Shown here in pieces: positions 12,556 through 26,379 of a stretch of 64,000 bases of DNA. The position numbers and the translations under genes were made by a program. Below the pieces are notes generated by a model that ran no database searches, had not been told where the DNA came from, and worked only from the letters and a program-made list of their open reading frames with translations. The stretch's first letter is position 1, and every line of letters begins with the position of its first letter. Source of the DNA: the human T2T-CHM13v2.0 reference genome, Homo sapiens; assembly GCF_009914755.1 (NCBI RefSeq), contig NC_060926.1, one strand, 5' to 3'.

Positions 12556-13609
12556 ACTGGTGTTCCAGTGAATGTTTCACAACAAACTTTATGGAAAAAA
12601 TATATAGGCACTTAATTTATTATAAGTATTACTGATATAAAGGATATATGGCCCATTAACAACAAATAGTAATCCTATATATAGGACACTTTATTGTAAA
12701 TTCCCTATAGTCAGTTGATTCTCACAAAATGCTTCAGTTGATTTTGCTAAACTCATATTTGTAGCTAATTTATTTATGTAATTGATGAAGGTGGATGGGT
12801 TCAAAATAAACGTTGGCTGATAATTTTATTTTACCAAAATGTAATAATGAATCTATTTTAGATTTCACCTGTTTGTCAATGACCTGAGAGATTTATTTGC
12901 TAAGTTGGATAGCACTTCTTTAATGCTGGAAGACTATTTTCTCAATTTTTTGTGCTACTCACAATGTAGCATCTAGAGAAATGATATCATTTTAAATTCA
13001 ATATATATTTCTAACATTTTTAAAAATCCACTAATATCTTACGTCAACAATGGACCATCAACAAAACAATAAATAAAACCCAGATTTATTATTTGCTAAT
13101 TTTTATGGTATAAATATTCCTAATATGGCCAAATTCAAGTTACCAACATAATTGGCATGAGATGTATAGGAGAACACTATTACGTAGTGTTTCCACATAT
13201 TACTCTCTACTTTTAAGACAGTAATGTGAGGACTGCTCTCCAAAGAAAACATGGGTCATGGCCTCTAAAGAAAATAAGAATCCATCCCTAGACATAGTGT
13301 ACTGTTGCTGTCTACTAATTATCAGTAACTTTATTTTATTGCTAACATAATATTTTCATGTTAGTCATTCACACTAATGTGCAATTACAACAGTCTTAAA
13401 TAACTCCATCAGCAAAGATAATAAGTCAATGAAATAATTAGAAAGTAATGATCTTTGAGTGTTTGTTTTTAATATAACTCACTTAATTGTATGCTTATAT
13501 TATTTCTTTTTAAATCATGACTGTATTTAACAATCAGCACTCACAATTCATAAAAATTTAACAATTGATTGTCATGAGTGGTTCAAAAACGAGCTCTGGC
13601 ACTCTAGTG
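12556..13609. mobile_element. MER63C/D-like hAT-Blackjack DNA transposon, near full length
   Basis: TIR-like ends cactggtgttccagt / ctggcactctagtg. Internal matches include ttactgatataaaggat, ttgattctcacaaaatgctt, aatatggccaaattcaagttaccaac and aaaatttaacaattg. Confidence 0.75.
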
Positions 13610-14104
13610 CTTTTGTCAGCTAACGCTTTATCTTTCAGACTCCTTTTTTCCTCTAATGGTGATTTTCTTCCAGGTGCCCACACAACTCTGCCTTTCCCTT
13701 GAGCAATTCCCCTAACATGTCCTCTACCTAAATATTCCTCTCTGCCTGCTTTTATTAGTCTTTCCACAATCTAATCCCTAATGTTAGAAAGAGTATATGT
13801 TAAAAGTAATTCACACTCAATGATATGTTCAAATATAGCTAATGTATGTCCTGTTCAATAACAGTACAGTACTAAAATGCCAAATAAATCAATACCTAAT
13901 GGTGAAATTTTTATTTGTACACCAGGGATATTTTGGGACAGATCATTCGAATTCTATCATGTAGCTGATATGAAGGTATTTGTAATTATTGTGTTCTTGG
14001 CTAATTAATGCAACTATTTGCAGCTCTCTCTTAACTTTGAAATTGACAATCCAAAAAAGTAATGAACCTCTTCTTCGATACAGTCTATCAAGAAACCCTA
14101 TTTC

Positions 14105-14300
14105 GTGGGGGGAGGGATAGCATTAGGAGATATACCTAATGCTAAATGACGAGTTAATGGGTGCGGCACACCAGCATGACACATGTATACATATGTAACT
14201 AACCTGCACACTGTGCACATGTATTATTATACTTTAAAACTTAAAGTATATTATTATTATACTTTAAAACTTAAAGTATAATAATAATAATAATAATAAA
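14105..14300 (+). mobile_element. 5'-truncated young L1PA (L1PA2/3-like) 3' end with 15-bp TSD
   Basis: gggggagggatagcattaggagatatacctaatgctaaatgacgagttaatgggtgc is L1PA 3'UTR, with GAG rather than the Ta-diagnostic ACA. Perfect TSD aagaaaccctatttc at 14090-14104 / 14301-14315. Confidence 0.95.
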
Positions 14301-14339
14301 AAGAAACCCTATTTCCATTACTTTTTGCTCACTGTGATC

Positions 14340-14740
14340 TAGGCATTGTAAACAGTGTTTCCCTCAGAATACCATGCTTTTCTTAGCTGCCACGTGTTTG
14401 CTCAAATTGCTCTCTCCACCTACAGCCCCCTTGCCACTCTCTGACCTCTTTTCCTGAGCTTAGCTTTAGATCTTTCTATGTCAGGTCAGCCAGTACTTTC
14501 CCTGAGAACCTCCCCTGCCCTTTCTACCATAAGGTACCCCTCATGGGTACCTCATTGCATCCTGCGCGTAACCTCGTGGTAACTCTTACTTGATTGTAAA
14601 TGCCTAGTCATTTCTACACCATTTGGCTGGGAATTCCACAAAGTCAGGCAGCAAGTCTGCCTTTTTCATCATGATTTTCTGACATTCAGAATGATGACAG
14701 GTATGTTGTTGGCATTTGGCAAATGCTGGTTGAATGCAAA
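14340..14740 (+). mobile_element. L2 3' fragment, highly diverged
   Basis: Pyrimidine-rich body ending ...aagtcaggcagcaagtctgcctttttcatc...aaatgctggttgaatg, resembling the L2 3' terminus. Confidence 0.5.
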
Positions 14741-14749
14741 GCTGATGAT

Positions 14750-16150
14750 TAGGAAAAGGAAAAACCGGAGCATTGAGATAAGGAACACGCTGCCTATTTA
14801 ATTCACCCTCAGACTATAACTGTATTATTTTGAAGTTCTTTTAAAGATATATTGTACTGGATTGAATTTGATTGGAGGAGCAACTGGTTAGCAGTAAGCT
14901 GCAGCATTAGCACCAGCTTACTGGAACACCACCTCCTATGTTCCTGAAAGCCCCCTGAGAGATGCAGAAAGTTGTTTAAAAGCCATGCCTAATTATACAA
15001 GTGAGCAAGGAAGGATCTCTAGCTGCTAGAATCAATTGCACATTTGCCTGTTTTATTCCATCAGCTTGAGAAATTCACACAGTCCACATAGAATAATGAC
15101 AGAAATCTTTTAACCGTGGTTTCCCATAGTTAAAGGAGCTACATCTCCTCTGTAGTAAGAGTGAGCCAAATGTGAAAGTAAACAAAACCTTGACAAAACT
15201 TCCTGACTTTCCAACCCAATATACTTATTTTGCAGATAAGGAAAAGTTATGACACATTACATCATCTGTCAGACAAGCTGCTTAATTTGAGTCTCAATTC
15301 CAGTAATCATCATGAGAAAGGAGAAAAATGATGCTTTTGATAAAAGCAAGTCAAGAAAGGTTGTGTCCTCCTCCTCACATTTTTTTTGGAAAGCAGTCCT
15401 ATTCAAATTTAAAATTGAAGCCACTTCCTCTCTTCCCAACAGTATTGAAACCTGAGAAGAAAAGAGCGCAGCCTTAAATGCTATTACTCTGCAGCTAGTA
15501 CAAAAGGAGAGGGATTTGCATTAGAACAAGTGCTAAGAGTTGTGCTTCAGGCAAGGTAAGATCATTATTTATAACAAGCTGATCTGCTTCTATATGATTA
15601 ACAGAAAAACAGTGAATTAATGTTGTTATCTTAATATTGTTTAAATGGCCTCTAGATGTGGTGCGGAGCCATGCCAGGCAGAATGGTTAACACAAAATAA
15701 ATGTCAATGCAAGAGAGCGTTCTGGGAAACGTTTTCACCTGGAGTAGAATATGCTTAATTAATGACCTCGAAATGAAAAGGTCTGATAAGCCTCTGGTGT
15801 ATGGTCTCATTTTATTTGAGGAAACAGGACACAGCCCGATTTAATGGGAATTTCTTCAGAGACTGGTAAAACTGGTAAGCTTCTGGATAATTATCAGCCA
15901 TTTTAATGATTCCTTCTTTCAAAATGTAGTTCATAGCCTAGGTTACCCTGGAAAGTGGATGAGGAAAGTATGGAACTACAATGGGTAGCGTTTTATTACC
16001 TGTAACTGTATGCTTGCACAGAAAGCTGGATTTTCAAGACACAAACAACAAACCTTGTAATATCCCCCAAATAAAGCTTCATTAAATGACTGCTTCAGAA
16101 TTAGTCATCCAGGATGTGAGCCACTGGTGTAATGGATAAACAAGTCTGAC
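14750..16150. promoter_or_regulatory. Putative conserved non-coding element / developmental enhancer
   Basis: No recognisable repeat over ~1.4 kb. Motifs include SOX-like ACAAAAG (15500-15506), octamer ATTTGCAT (15514-15521), TTAATTAA homeodomain palindrome (~15755), GATAAG, and RFX-like GTTACCCTGGAAA (~15942). Inference only. Confidence 0.4.
15443..15555 (+). other. Candidate non-coding (lncRNA or 5'UTR) internal exon, 113 nt
   Basis: Acceptor ccacttcctctcttcccaacag| (AG at 15441-15442) and donor AAG|gtaaga (15556). Stops occur in all three frames; only a 6-codon uORF (MLLLCS*) starts at 15478. No transcript evidence is available. Confidence 0.35.
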
Positions 16151-16684
16151 TATGGATCAGAAGATTCCAAAGTTTGTCTTTCATAATAGGAAAACTCAGT
16201 GTTCAAGTAAGCTTAGTTGGGAACATTATACCAATTGTCCTGAGACTTGAAGTGTCTTCATCAAGTGGGCTAAGCAGTGGCCTATATTTCAGGGATCTTA
16301 TTTCTGCCTTTAGAGTAGGCTTCAAGTTTGAGGAATCCCTATTAGAGATGTCACTGGATGCTTTTCTTTCTATCTTTTAAAAATTAAACTACATAGGGTA
16401 GAGTTGTGGGCACAAGACAAGCTGAAGGCAGAGAGCTGTGCAGGGTAAATATTTATAATAACACTTGATATTTAAACTCAGAAGAATTATATTGCAAAGC
16501 AGTTGGGATGTTTGTAAATAATACCAGAGACACCTGGACTAATTTGTAGAAATACACCCAAAGTTACCAGAGGCTTCACGGTAATGTGTGATATGTAAAA
16601 GAAAGAGTGTTCCATTTTCTGAAAGATTCTTCACATTAATGCCATAGGCAACCACTGGAGAGTACTATAGGTTCAACCCAGTAA

Positions 16685-17061
<377 letters not shown>

Positions 17062-17642
17062 TGTTTTTGTTTTTTAGGGAAGTCTACTGCCTTCCTGTCC
17101 TCATCCTCCCTTTTTGTGACAATTGCCTGTTAAATTTCTTGGCTTTTTTGTTTCTGCCTACCTGCTTATTCTCCTTTCTCTCTGGTAAGTACTTCCTTGA
17201 ATGTAGGAGCACACTATAGCTGTTTTAGGTCCTGTAGTCATTGACACTACAGCAGCCAGTATTACTGGCACCTCTAGAAAGTGACCACGAAATGACCCAA
17301 AAGTTGCATGACCGTTTATTTAAAAAATCCGTATAAGAAACCTGCACTGCCTCCTAATGAGCCTGTATTTTCACACCGCCACATGAACTTTCACATTTTT
17401 ATTGCTTGTTTATTAAATTTTAATAATTAATCCGTATGGATTTGAGATATAGATTTTGATAATTCTGGACTCCACTCTGGTAGCTCTACAGTGGCATATA
17501 CCTGTACTCTTATTGAACACCTATCAATAATAAGAAATCAACTTGGACACTTTACATTGGAGTCAATTCTGCTTTCCATTTTGGCTAACCTTCGCAAACG
17601 TGTCTCAGAACCAGTGAGGAGGAGGAAATCTATGATTTTGTT

Positions 17643-18235
17643 GCAGGGTTTCATTAAGTGTTTTCCAAGTAATACACTAGTTTTGAAGAAAGTGTTAAGA
17701 TTAAAAGAATACTATGGTCAAATTCCTTTAGAAAATGTTTACTTTGCTGGGTATGGCAGCTCATGCATGTAATCCCAGCACTTTGGGAGACCAAGGCAGG
17801 TGGATCACCTTAAGTCGGGAGTTCAAGACCAGCCTGGCCAAAATGGTGAAACCTGATCTCTACTAAAAATACAAAAATCAGCCAGGTGTAGTGGCAGGCG
17901 CCTATAATCCCAGCTACTCGGGAGGCTGAGGCAGGAGAATTGATTAAAACCAGGAGGCGGAGATTGTCATGAGCTGAGATCCAGCCATTGCACTCCACAC
18001 TCCAGCCTGGGCGATAAGAGCAAAACTCAGCCTCAAAAAAAAAAAAAAAAAAAAAAAAAAGAAAGAAAATGTTTACTTTTTTCTGAATTCTCAGAATCCT
18101 GAATGGGTTAGTAGACACTGTGAAGCACAGAGAGGAGGTAAATGCTGCATAAAACAAATCTACTGATTATGGAATCTTTTTCTCACACAAAATTTTGTCA
18201 GACCATTGCTGCACAGAACACACTTTGAAAAATTC
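17643..18235. mobile_element. MER103C/MER112-like hAT-Charlie MITE interrupted by an Alu
   Basis: aagtgttttcc...acactagtt...ctatggtcaaatt on the left and gattatggaatcttttt...cagaacacactttgaaaaa on the right. Confidence 0.5.
17746..18063 (+). mobile_element. AluSq/Sp with 16-bp TSD
   Basis: Full Alu with gcgataagagcaaaactc. TSD agaaaatgtttacttt at 17730-17745 / 18064-18079. Small internal cactcca duplication. Confidence 0.95.
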
Positions 18236-18356
18236 CATTTCACTGCAAGTTTTCCTGTAAAATGAGAATAACCTCAGTCTAATGTGGAGGGGAAAATATA
18301 GTGTGTATATACTCATCACCATCTATAATATGCCATACATTTTATTAATTTAGTCA

Positions 18357-18841
18357 TGTGATGAACTGAGTAGTGTTTCTGAAGAAGATATGCTGAATTC
18401 CTAATCCTGCCTGGTACCTGTGCATGTGACTTTATTTGGAAATATCATCTTTGCATATGTAATCAAGTTAAGAATGAGGTCATTAGGGTGGACCTTAATA
18501 CCAATGTGACTGGTAGAAGAAGGAGATTGAGACACAAAGGCAAATGCACACAAAGAAAACACAACATAGAGACACACAGGTAGAATGCCATGTGTAGACC
18601 GGGACAGAAATTGGAGTGATAGATCTACAAATGAAGGAATGCCAAAGATTGTTTGCCTTCACCAAAAGCTAAAGAAGAGGCATAGAATAGATTGACTCTG
18701 AGAGCTCTCAGAAGGAATCTAAGCAACTGACACTCTGATTTCAGACTTCCAACCTCCAGAACTGTGAGAGAATAAATTTCACTTGTTTTAAGCCACCCAG
18801 TTTGTGGTACTTTGTAATGGCTGCCCTAGCAAACTAATATA
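18357..18841 (+). mobile_element. MLT1C-like MaLR 5' LTR
   Basis: tgtgactttatttggaaata...gtaatcaagttaag...ctgatttcagacttccaacctccagaactgtgagagaataaatttc...gccctagcaaactaata. Confidence 0.9.
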
Positions 18842-19255
18842 AATTTTTATACCAGAATGTGGGGTTCTGGAACACACTGCATCCTGGTATAATAACGTGG
18901 AAGTGGCTTTGGAATTGGGTAATGGGTAGAGGCTGGAAGAGATTTGAGTCATTTAATAGGAAGAGCCTAGATTGCTTTGAAAAGACTGTTGATAGAAACA
19001 TGTATGTTAGAGGACCTTCTAGTGAGGTCTCTGATGAAAATGAGAACATGTATTGGAAACTGGAGGATAGGCCATCTTTGTCACAAAGTAGCAGAGAACT
19101 TGGCTGAATTATTTCTACTTTGGAGAGGAAGGTAAATCGGTTAGTGATAAACTTAGATATTTAGTTGAGGATATTTCTAAGCAAAGTGTGCAAAGTACAG
19201 CCTAATTTCTCTTTGCTGCTTATAGTAAATGAAAGAGACAAGAAATAAATTAAAG
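18842..19255 (+). mobile_element. MLT1-int (MaLR internal sequence) directly after the LTR
   Basis: gtggaagtggctttggaattgggtaatgggtagaggctggaagagatttgag...tattggaaactggagg...gagaacttggctgaatt...atttctaagcaaagtgt. Confidence 0.88.
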
Positions 19256-19294
19256 TAGTTCTGCTTCAAGACTGTAACAGTTTAATACATGATA

Positions 19295-19435
19295 TTCATC
19301 ATTTATTGTATATGTCCTTCTCTCTACTAGAATGTAACCACACAAGGGCAGGAATATTAGTCTGTTCTGTTCACTGACATTTCCCAAATGCCCTGACACT
19401 CATAGATGATCAATATGAGTTAAGAAATGAAGGAA
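19295..19435 (+). mobile_element. L2 3' end
   Basis: ctactagaatgtaa...agggcagga...tctgttctgttcactgac...tcaata motif. Confidence 0.65.
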
Positions 19436-19924
19436 ACTAATGCATTAGGCTGAAATTCCTACATTTAGCCCACCAATTTTTATGCCTAAATTTTCCAAAT
19501 GATTTATAAAATTTTATATTTAATATAATTCTTGAAATTACAAAAATAATTTTTAGTCTCTAAAAACAATTTACATGACTGTAAGTATATTGTGTTTACA
19601 ATAGATAAACTAATATAAAATAAGAAATTAAAATTGAACTAGTTATGGTACTTGAAACAGAAACTCTCACTTAACTTCCCTGAAGAACATTTAAAAGTTT
19701 CAGAAAAAGAAAGAACAGGGAGATACAAATTTGAGGCCACATATGAAATTGGTTCTCAAGTAAGGTCTTAGCATTTATTCCTAGGATAAGATTTGGTAAT
19801 AGCTGGGTTGACTTTAACGGCATAAATCCTATAAACAGTAATAGCAAATGAAGATCCAAGCTTCCGCAGAATATATTAAGGTCGTAAAAAATAATGATGA
19901 CTGTCTTTATTCTTAAGTTAATCA

Positions 19925-20332
<408 letters not shown>

Positions 20333-20899
20333 TCATATTGACTCTCCCACCCCCATTATCTCCTCAGTAACTTTCATACGTGGCTATACCTACTCTTTTA
20401 AGAATTACTGACACTCTGCTATCAATTAGTTTAAAATTCTCTCTTCTTGTAATATTTGCATATACCTGACTTTCTTTCAAGAGAGATCTTTAATTTACAC
20501 TAGTCATTCAATAGAAAGATATTTTATAGATATGCAAAGGCTAACAATTATTACTTTAATTCATGTGAAAATATGTATATCTAGGAAATATTTATTTACA
20601 TTCCTCAGATTTATAAGTACAGTTCTTTTTAAAAAATTGTTTTGGAAATCCCAGGGAACACCTTAATGCTTACTGCACACAAAAGATTTCAAACATCCAT
20701 CTGTGGCTTCTAGTTTCGTATGTTACTAAGACTTTCAAATTAATCACTTTCTATATCTCTGGTGTACAATCACTCTTTACTGTTTTTCTGCCTTATTCAG
20801 TACCACTTATAAGTACTGTTTTGTTAAAGCTCTTCAATTGTAACTCTCTAATTTTTCTGCCTTCTTTCCCCTCCTCTTCAGTACCTACAAATCATCATT

Positions 20900-21220
20900 C
20901 AAAGAGCAGTCCTCTCCCCAGATCTCTGCTTGGGCAATCAGACTTACTCTTCAGGTTCTTGCATAAACATTAATCCATCTGCCATGCCTTCACCAACTCC
21001 TGAAGTTAGTATTATTCAGTCCCTCTTTTTATTTCATTTTATTTTATCATCGGGGTATATCTCTATAAAATAGCTTACTGTATTTTGATTACATTCGGGT
21101 GTCTGCCTTCCCAGTGGAATGTGTGCTCGTAAAGGCAAGAACTGTGTATTTTTTACACACCTATCTCCAGTGATTGAACAAAACCTTACACAACTTCAGA
21201 TCTTCAATAAATATTAAACA
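20900..21220 (+). mobile_element. L2 3' fragment
   Basis: gtctgccttcccagtggaatgtgtgctcgtaaaggcaagaactgtgt...cttcaataaatatt. Confidence 0.55.
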
Positions 21221-23912
21221 AATATACAAACACAAGAAGTTTAGGGAGAAGAAAAATCAAGTCAATTGCTATGTGTACTGTTGCTATGTAAGTCAAAGTG
21301 TTATGGAAAATAAACAGACTAACTTATGTGAGCATTTTTATTTCTACGGGTACAATTTCAGGGGTCTACTTTAATATGGTGAGGTATCATTGGCTGGACT
21401 GCAGGACAGAATGGAGCATGCTAGCCTTTAAAGTAATTTTCAGAGATCAATGTGGTGATTTTTATTTCTATAAAATTTTCTCTGGATTTCTCATATCTAT
21501 CAATGCTTTCCTTACTTAGCCAATATTTTCTTAGTCTTTTCTCATAAGATTGTGGTAAGAGAATATGCATTTTTCTCTTCAGATAATACAAAATGAGTTA
21601 TCCAGTAATAAGTGTTCAAAGCAAATCTTTCTACAATACTGACAGATTCACAAGATAGGGCAAATAGAAGGAATTTTAGGCTTTTAAAAAATGTAATTAA
21701 TACCAAGTTTACTTTTTGTCACTTTTTATTTTACTTTTCCAATGTAAAATTTTAAACACTCTAAAAAGTAGAGAGTGGTATAAAAACTCCCATGTATACA
21801 AGTAATTAACTTTAATAGTCATCAGTATTTTCTCTATCCTAATTATTTTATTTAAGGCTTAAAACAAAATAAAACAAGAACCTACAAGCTATTTATTAGC
21901 AGTTTAATAGGACATCTAGGCTATTTTTCAAGAAGGAAAGTGAAGACATGCTGTGGCCCCTACTGCAATGAGAATCAGAAAACCAGTGCTTGCAAAAGGT
22001 CCAAATCAAAGTCCTGAGTGTTTGCTATATGTGAGTCAATATTCATGCTCTTATGGGCATGTATGTATTTTGAGGTCTGAGGGGACGGAGAAAGAACTTG
22101 CCCTTAAACAGAAAATTATTGTCCTTTCTCTGGTGTGCTTTTATTTTTTTTTTCCTCGCTAGTAATTTATGGTCATCCTTTTACAAGTTGGTGGTGACAG
22201 TGATTACAGCAAAAGGCAACTGAGAATCCTAGTTCCTTCCACAGATTCCTATAGAAGTTGGATATTCCTCTGCCTTGGGTTCATTAACTAATGAAAGTTC
22301 TATTTATTTCAACTTCAAACAAATGTTTTATGACGTTTAGGTGCAAGACAAGGTCAATCATTTTTTATTACTCAATTATTCACTTATTCTTTCATTTATT
22401 GAACATTCATTGAACATACAGGGAAACATAGTTTCTCCCATGTTTCCCTAATTATAGACAGAGTTATAAATAAGCATTACTTTGAGAAAAATAAAAACTA
22501 AGTGCCATGAGAACATCTATAAAAATACGTGGTCATTTACATGACCACCTGTTTTTGATCTGTCTCTCTATCCAGAAAGTAAGTCAGGATGCCACTACAA
22601 TAGTCTATCAGTAAGAATGAAACTATAGAAACAGCAGTGAAAGTGGCAAGGATATTGTGCCGGATATGTTTTGGTGTGTTGAGCTTACCTGATCCTCCTG
22701 TCCTTAGTCTCTGCTGCTGAATATATGGACCTAGATGGCTAAATGTCACCCTTCTGCACCTCATGTGATAGGATTAAAGTGGGTAACTGAATTAAGGGAG
22801 TCCATCTGGAGGCTGAGCCTTGACCATCAGTTATTTTTTCATCTTACATAATTTGAACTAAGATAAAGAGGAAAATACATTATATATTGGTAGCAAGACA
22901 GAAACAAACTTACGGAGTTCAAGTGAATTGCATTAAAGTAAAACTTTATAGGGAAGTTTCAAGGATTTTATCTGCTATGATCTCCCAAGGCTGTCTTGAA
23001 CAGAGTAACTCACCTATTAGAGCCCTATTGATTTCTACTGAGTTAGTGCTTCCTATCCTGTTTGATTTCTCTATTCGGTTATTTAAAACCTTTATGCCAC
23101 TCCCCACCTCAACCTGCTTTTCTTGAGCCTTTTTAGGGAATTTCTGCTTTTTATAATCATAGGGCCTGATCTTGAGTAGGCATTATTTGCTGAAACACTG
23201 TCCTACCTCTATTACCGTACTTAGCACTTTCATTCATTTTCATGTTTTACATAGTAATCTACGAACTCTTTAACAACAGGAGGAGTTAATACTTCGTATT
23301 TTATTCCTACATCCAGCTTATACCTTGGGACATTATTGGGCTTGATAAATGTTTGTTAAAATAATAAATGAACAATGCATATGAGCGGAACTGAAGAGGT
23401 AGGATCTGGAGGAAATGATATTTGATTGGATGAAGGGAAGAGAAGAAAAGCTAAAGGTGATTCTGCAATTCAATTAATTTGCATTGTAATCCGCCTGTCT
23501 GATTAGTTTCATTTAAATATGTACTAGGAAATTTTCTCTCTTAAAAATATATAATAATCAACCACATATTAAAAATGAGTTATTAAGAATCTGTGAGTTT
23601 GCAAATTAATGAATTCAAATTATCTGGAGCTTAGTTCAACAAGAGTAGCAAAACAGCAACGTCTCTTTAGAAACACAAGATAAGATTAGAGGATAGATGA
23701 TTGGATTCTTTTGAGACATGAGATGAAATTGGCAGAACACAGAGGTACAGCTTTTATTTATCTCTTAAGGAAGCAATACCTTCTGATAGAACCGTAAGTT
23801 GAGAACATGATCCACCCACTCTAAAACCATCCTACGAGCAGATTAAAAGGGGCTAATGTTGATGATTGTCTGACATAATTATTTCATGCTACTTATAATT
23901 GGCTATTTTAAA

Positions 23913-24196
23913 ATTTATTATTATTTTTAGAGACAAGGTCTCACTCTGTCACCCAGGCTGGAGAGCGTGGTGCAATCATAGCTCACTGTAACCTGGAACT
24001 CCTGGGCTCAAGCAATCCTCCCACCTTGGCCTCCTGAGTAGCTGGAATTACAGGCAGATGCCACCATGCCCAGCTATTTAAAAAAGAAAATATAGAGATG
24101 GGATCTTGCTGTGTTACTCAGGCTGGTTTTGAACTCATGGCCTCAAGCAATCTTCTCACTTCAGCCTGTTACAGGCATGAGTCACCATGCCCAGCC
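23913..24196 (-). mobile_element. AluJ
   Basis: gagacaaggtctcactctgtcacccaggctgg...aactcctgggctcaagcaatcctccc. TSD-like ataattggc / ataactggc. Confidence 0.93.
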
Positions 24197-25835
24197 ATAA
24201 CTGGCAAGATTTTAAAGTCAGTATACTTTGTATATTCATAAAAGGGTTGTGAAGAAGATTAGCAGATAGGCAATTTGTGACATACACTGTCCCTCTCTTT
24301 GAACAGCTTTTAACAAAACCATTACATAGCTTTGATTATTCTAACAAGTTAATTGTAAAAGGCATGACTGGCTGCATCTCTCAAAAAATAATCATTTTAA
24401 TTTCCTTAAACCATGAATTAAATAGAAATGGCATGTAGAAGAGGCAATACAGGTTTTATTCTCTCTCTAGAATTTCATTACAGACATATTGGATATGAGA
24501 AGGAAATGACAGTGTATACTTTTTTCTGTTATTTTAGTGAGTCAAAATAATTTTCTGACTTTTCATAAATATGTTGAATATGTTAATACATATTTTAAAG
24601 AAATATTTTCTGTTCAAATCACTCATGGTGGAATAACAAACACAAAATTTAAATATTCTTAACCACTGAAATCCTTTCTCTGACTCTGTTTTTACCACTG
24701 TTTTGTTTTTTTCTTTTTTTTACTCATTTAAATGAAGACACCTTTTCAGAACCCATTTGGTTGAAGTCTTAGTTATAGTATTGATTTTTTTAAGTGGCTT
24801 GTATCATTCAGGTTAGTTGGACATACTGGGAAAGTTTCCAGACATTGGCAGAAACCCAAACTGAATTTTCTTCCAAAAAGTCATGAAGAATTTCATTAAC
24901 CTTTTAATAAAAAAAAAGAGGTATATTTCTCATTTGTTCAACTCTAAGGCTATGTATTCCCAGGAGAACAAAAACAGCTAAACCAGAGCATGATGCTTTT
25001 TATTTACATCAGCATTTGTACTTGAGAAAGTAAAATGTTAAGATTGTCTCTATAGTCAGTAATACAGGCCTGGTGAGCTCCAACCCTCATATGTTTTACA
25101 TACATTGAATGCATATAAAATTATATATGCCTATAATACTTTATAATGATCATCAATGTTCATATTGTTACTGAGTACAATGTTCTAAAATTCTTTCTCA
25201 ATTGGCAAATAAAAATTACGTGGAAAGGGGAAAACTAATATTTATGAGTTTAAAACAATTTTCATTATTTCATTTCATAAAATTAACATGAATAATGATG
25301 AATTCTGACCATTGCCTATTGTAATTAAGATAAATGACTTGATAAGACAGAAAATACCAGAGAAGTAAAGTTAGAATTAAATACAGAGATGAATTCAGGC
25401 AAACTTTTATCATCAGTGTTACATAAGGCTTGATTCATTAAGTGAATTTTCTAGATGTGAATGAAATTACGATATATTCCCTTAAACTACACGTAAGATT
25501 AAACTAATCATGGAACTGCTTCAGGAATGTCAAAATTAAGGGTTTTGGATAATAATTGATACATCTCAGTATTTTCCTAAACTCATCAAAACCTTAATAC
25601 ATTTAAATGTTTAGATTTAGTCAGAAATTTATGCAGGAGGGGAGGCAGAAAATGAAATAGTCCCTCCCACAATTTTGTCAGAGATATTTCTTTCACAATT
25701 TTGAGTTTTTGGGTTTGATGTGAAAATAAAAGAATGGGGAAAAGATTTTAGAGGAATAAGAAAAGAAGAAAAGAAGATGGGGGAGGAGAAGTCGATCCAA
25801 AAATATAGATGAAATATTATTCATTACTATCTCTC

Positions 25836-26148
<313 letters not shown>

Positions 26149-26379
26149 TCATTACTCTCATTTTATAGCAAGGGATTTAACTAATTAATGGATAATATTT
26201 AGTATTTATTTCTAAATTTTAAAAAATGAGAATTCAAAAATTCTACATTATACAATTAAATTGCTCATCTATGAATATCACAGCATGCTTCCAATTTTTA
26301 AATTTCTTTATAGACCTTAGAATGGTACATTTAAAAAATGTTGAATAAAGAGAAAGTGGATTCTTTTTGATTTATGTGA

